From positions 11,718,001 through 11,782,000 of the forward strand of contig NC_043010.1 in NCBI RefSeq assembly GCF_006345805.1: a DNA stretch of 64,000 nucleotides, written 5' to 3'. Source of the stretch: Octopus sinensis. Lineage: Eukaryota. Shown here in pieces: positions 62,288 through 64,000 of the stretch. Under the pieces are notes generated by a model. That model was not told the origin of the DNA and made no database searches. It worked only from the letters and a program-made list of their open reading frames with translations. The position numbers and the translations under genes are program-made. Each line of letters begins with the position of its first letter. The stretch's first letter is position 1.

Positions 62288-62575
62288 TATATATTAGAAG
62301 AAATGAGGTAATCAGAAGATCGGATGGTTAATATTTACAGATATTTATTTATATATTACATTTTTTACATATATATCTCATATCACTTAGATCATTAGCG
62401 CTTTCTCCCATTCTAGATGGGTTTTCAAATCGATTTGAAAACCCATCTAGAATGGGAGAAAGCGCTAATGATCTAAGTGATATGAGATATATATGTAAAA
62501 AATGTAATATATAAATAAATATCTGTAAATATTAATCATCCGATCTTCTGATTACCTCATTTCTTCTAATATATA
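62288..62575. repeat. 288-bp zero-spacer palindrome
   Basis: Centre caaatc|gatttg at 62431/62432; one mismatch. Confidence 0.95.
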
Positions 62576-62631
62576 ATACCTGTACATCATCTCCAAAACT
62601 TCCAATATATATATATATATATATTTATTAA

Positions 62632-62920
62632 GTAGGGGGCTCTGAAAGGGGTCTTAGGGAGTAGCATCCCTGCCTTCCAGAGCTAGTTTTCCTCCACATT
62701 TCTATGGTCTTGAGACCACTCATGTCTGAGTTTGGGGGTAAGCAACAGTATACTCCCTGCAGAAAATCCAGCTCCAAAAAAGATTCATGATAGTGAAGGA
62801 GAATGGGCACCAGCCAGTCCAAAGGTTGGGGTGGGCTGCACCTGCCTACATTGGTTACTATGTCATTGAGGTAGATCCAGCCACCCCCATTAAACCAGAT
62901 TTAAAACACTGGATGATGAT
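62632..62920 (+). mobile_element. Unnamed SINE-like repeat with (GAT)n tail
   Basis: Homologous to 41030-41347. Confidence 0.7.
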
Positions 62921-62927
62921 GATATGA

Positions 62928-62973
<46 letters not shown>

Positions 62974-63006
62974 TATGAATATATATATTATATATATATA
63001 TATATA

Positions 63007-63409
63007 GGTGCAGGAGTGGCTGTGTGGTAAGTAGCTTGCTAACCAACCACATGGTTCCGGTTCAGTCCCATTGCGTGGTATCTTGGGCAAGTGTCTTCTG
63101 CTATAGCCCCGGGCCAACCAATGCCTTGTGAGTGAATTTGGTAGACGGAAACTGAAAGAAACCTGTCGTATATATGTATATATATATGTGTATGTGTGTG
63201 TGTTTCTGTGTCTGTGTTTGTCCCCCTTGCATTGCTTGACAACCGATGCTGGTGTGTTTACGTCCCCATCACTTAGCGGTTCGGCAAAAGAGACAGATAG
63301 AATAAGTACTGGGCTTACAAAGAATAAGTCCCGGGGTCGATTTGCTCAACTAAAGGTGGTGCTCCAGCATGGCCGCAGTCAAATGACTGAAACAAGTAAA
63401 AAAGATAAA
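63007..63409 (+). mobile_element. SINE-A full length
   Basis: Consensus match. Confidence 0.9.
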
Positions 63410-63439
63410 ATATATGCATATAAATCTTTAAATCTTTAA

Positions 63440-63850
63440 ATTGTTTCAGCTTTATAGCTGCAGTCATGCTGGGGCACCACCGTTGACTGTGCTACACCAT
63501 TATTTGAAACCTCCTATAATATGTGGCATTTGGTGAATGAGGGAGTTTGACGGTGCAGTCCTCATCTGTGTTTCCTCCTGTGAGGTGGGCTCATCTGGAA
63601 CCATTGACAGGAGGAGATCCAGTGTTGTTTTCAAGACACCTACATCCACACCATGCAGGTCTCTCAGGCATTTTGCAAGGATATTGAATAGCTAGTCCTG
63701 TATTTTTATGGAGATGGTGGGATCTTTAGTACTATGGACTGGCACCCCATTCTGCTGTTTGTGAAACTTTCAATGCCAAAGTTTGGTACAAGGCCTTCCA
63801 GGATTTTCCAGAAGCATATCACTGCATATCATTCCCATCTTCATTCTAGT
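63440..63850 (-). mobile_element. CR1/L2-group LINE 3' end sharing its tail with SINE-A
   Basis: ICFWKILEGLVPNFGI...LFNIL..CLRDLHGVDVGVLKTTLDLLLSMVPDEP...SNSLIHQ, then ggtggtgccccagcatgactgcagctataaagctgaaac. Confidence 0.8.
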
Positions 63851-64000
63851 ATATATGTGTGTGTGTGTGTGTGTGTAAAGGTAATATGTGACAATTATTC
63901 GGTAGCCAAGATAAAATATTTACATAACATCGAGGTCTCTTTCTTTCTTTTGTTATCTTACCGTTTTTATCCATATATATATATATACACACACAGATAG

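Overview
AT-rich, repeat-dense eukaryotic DNA with one 100-N gap (5801-5900). The SINE families look like those of Octopus or another coleoid cephalopod, but that is an inference from recognition, not a database result. No complete protein-coding gene can be supported: almost all ORF-track entries are microsatellite or SINE read-throughs, and only isolated, unidentified candidate exons were found. The window is a mosaic of mobile DNA. It holds about 25 copies of a tRNA-headed SINE with an internal (TA)n(TG)n tract, two other tRNA-SINE families, and 3' remnants of Tx1/L1, RTE, CR1-group and R4/Dong-type LINEs. It also holds decayed mariner (DD34D) and maT-like transposons, mariner/hAT/piggyBac MITEs, three non-autonomous Helitrons, and Penelope-like fragments. 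The strongest second-look signals are: (1) two sister Tx1-like LINE lineages sitting inside (TATC)n versus (TTA)n microsatellites; (2) minimal hammerhead-ribozyme motifs at ~797-828 and ~36404-36436; (3) two long fold-back palindromes (41459-41707, 62288-62575), the first traceable to a small pre-existing hairpin; (4) a LINE whose 3' tail matches the dominant SINE; (5) a SINE plus its unique flank copied in inverted orientation several kb away. Boundaries were read by eye and may be off by a few bases.
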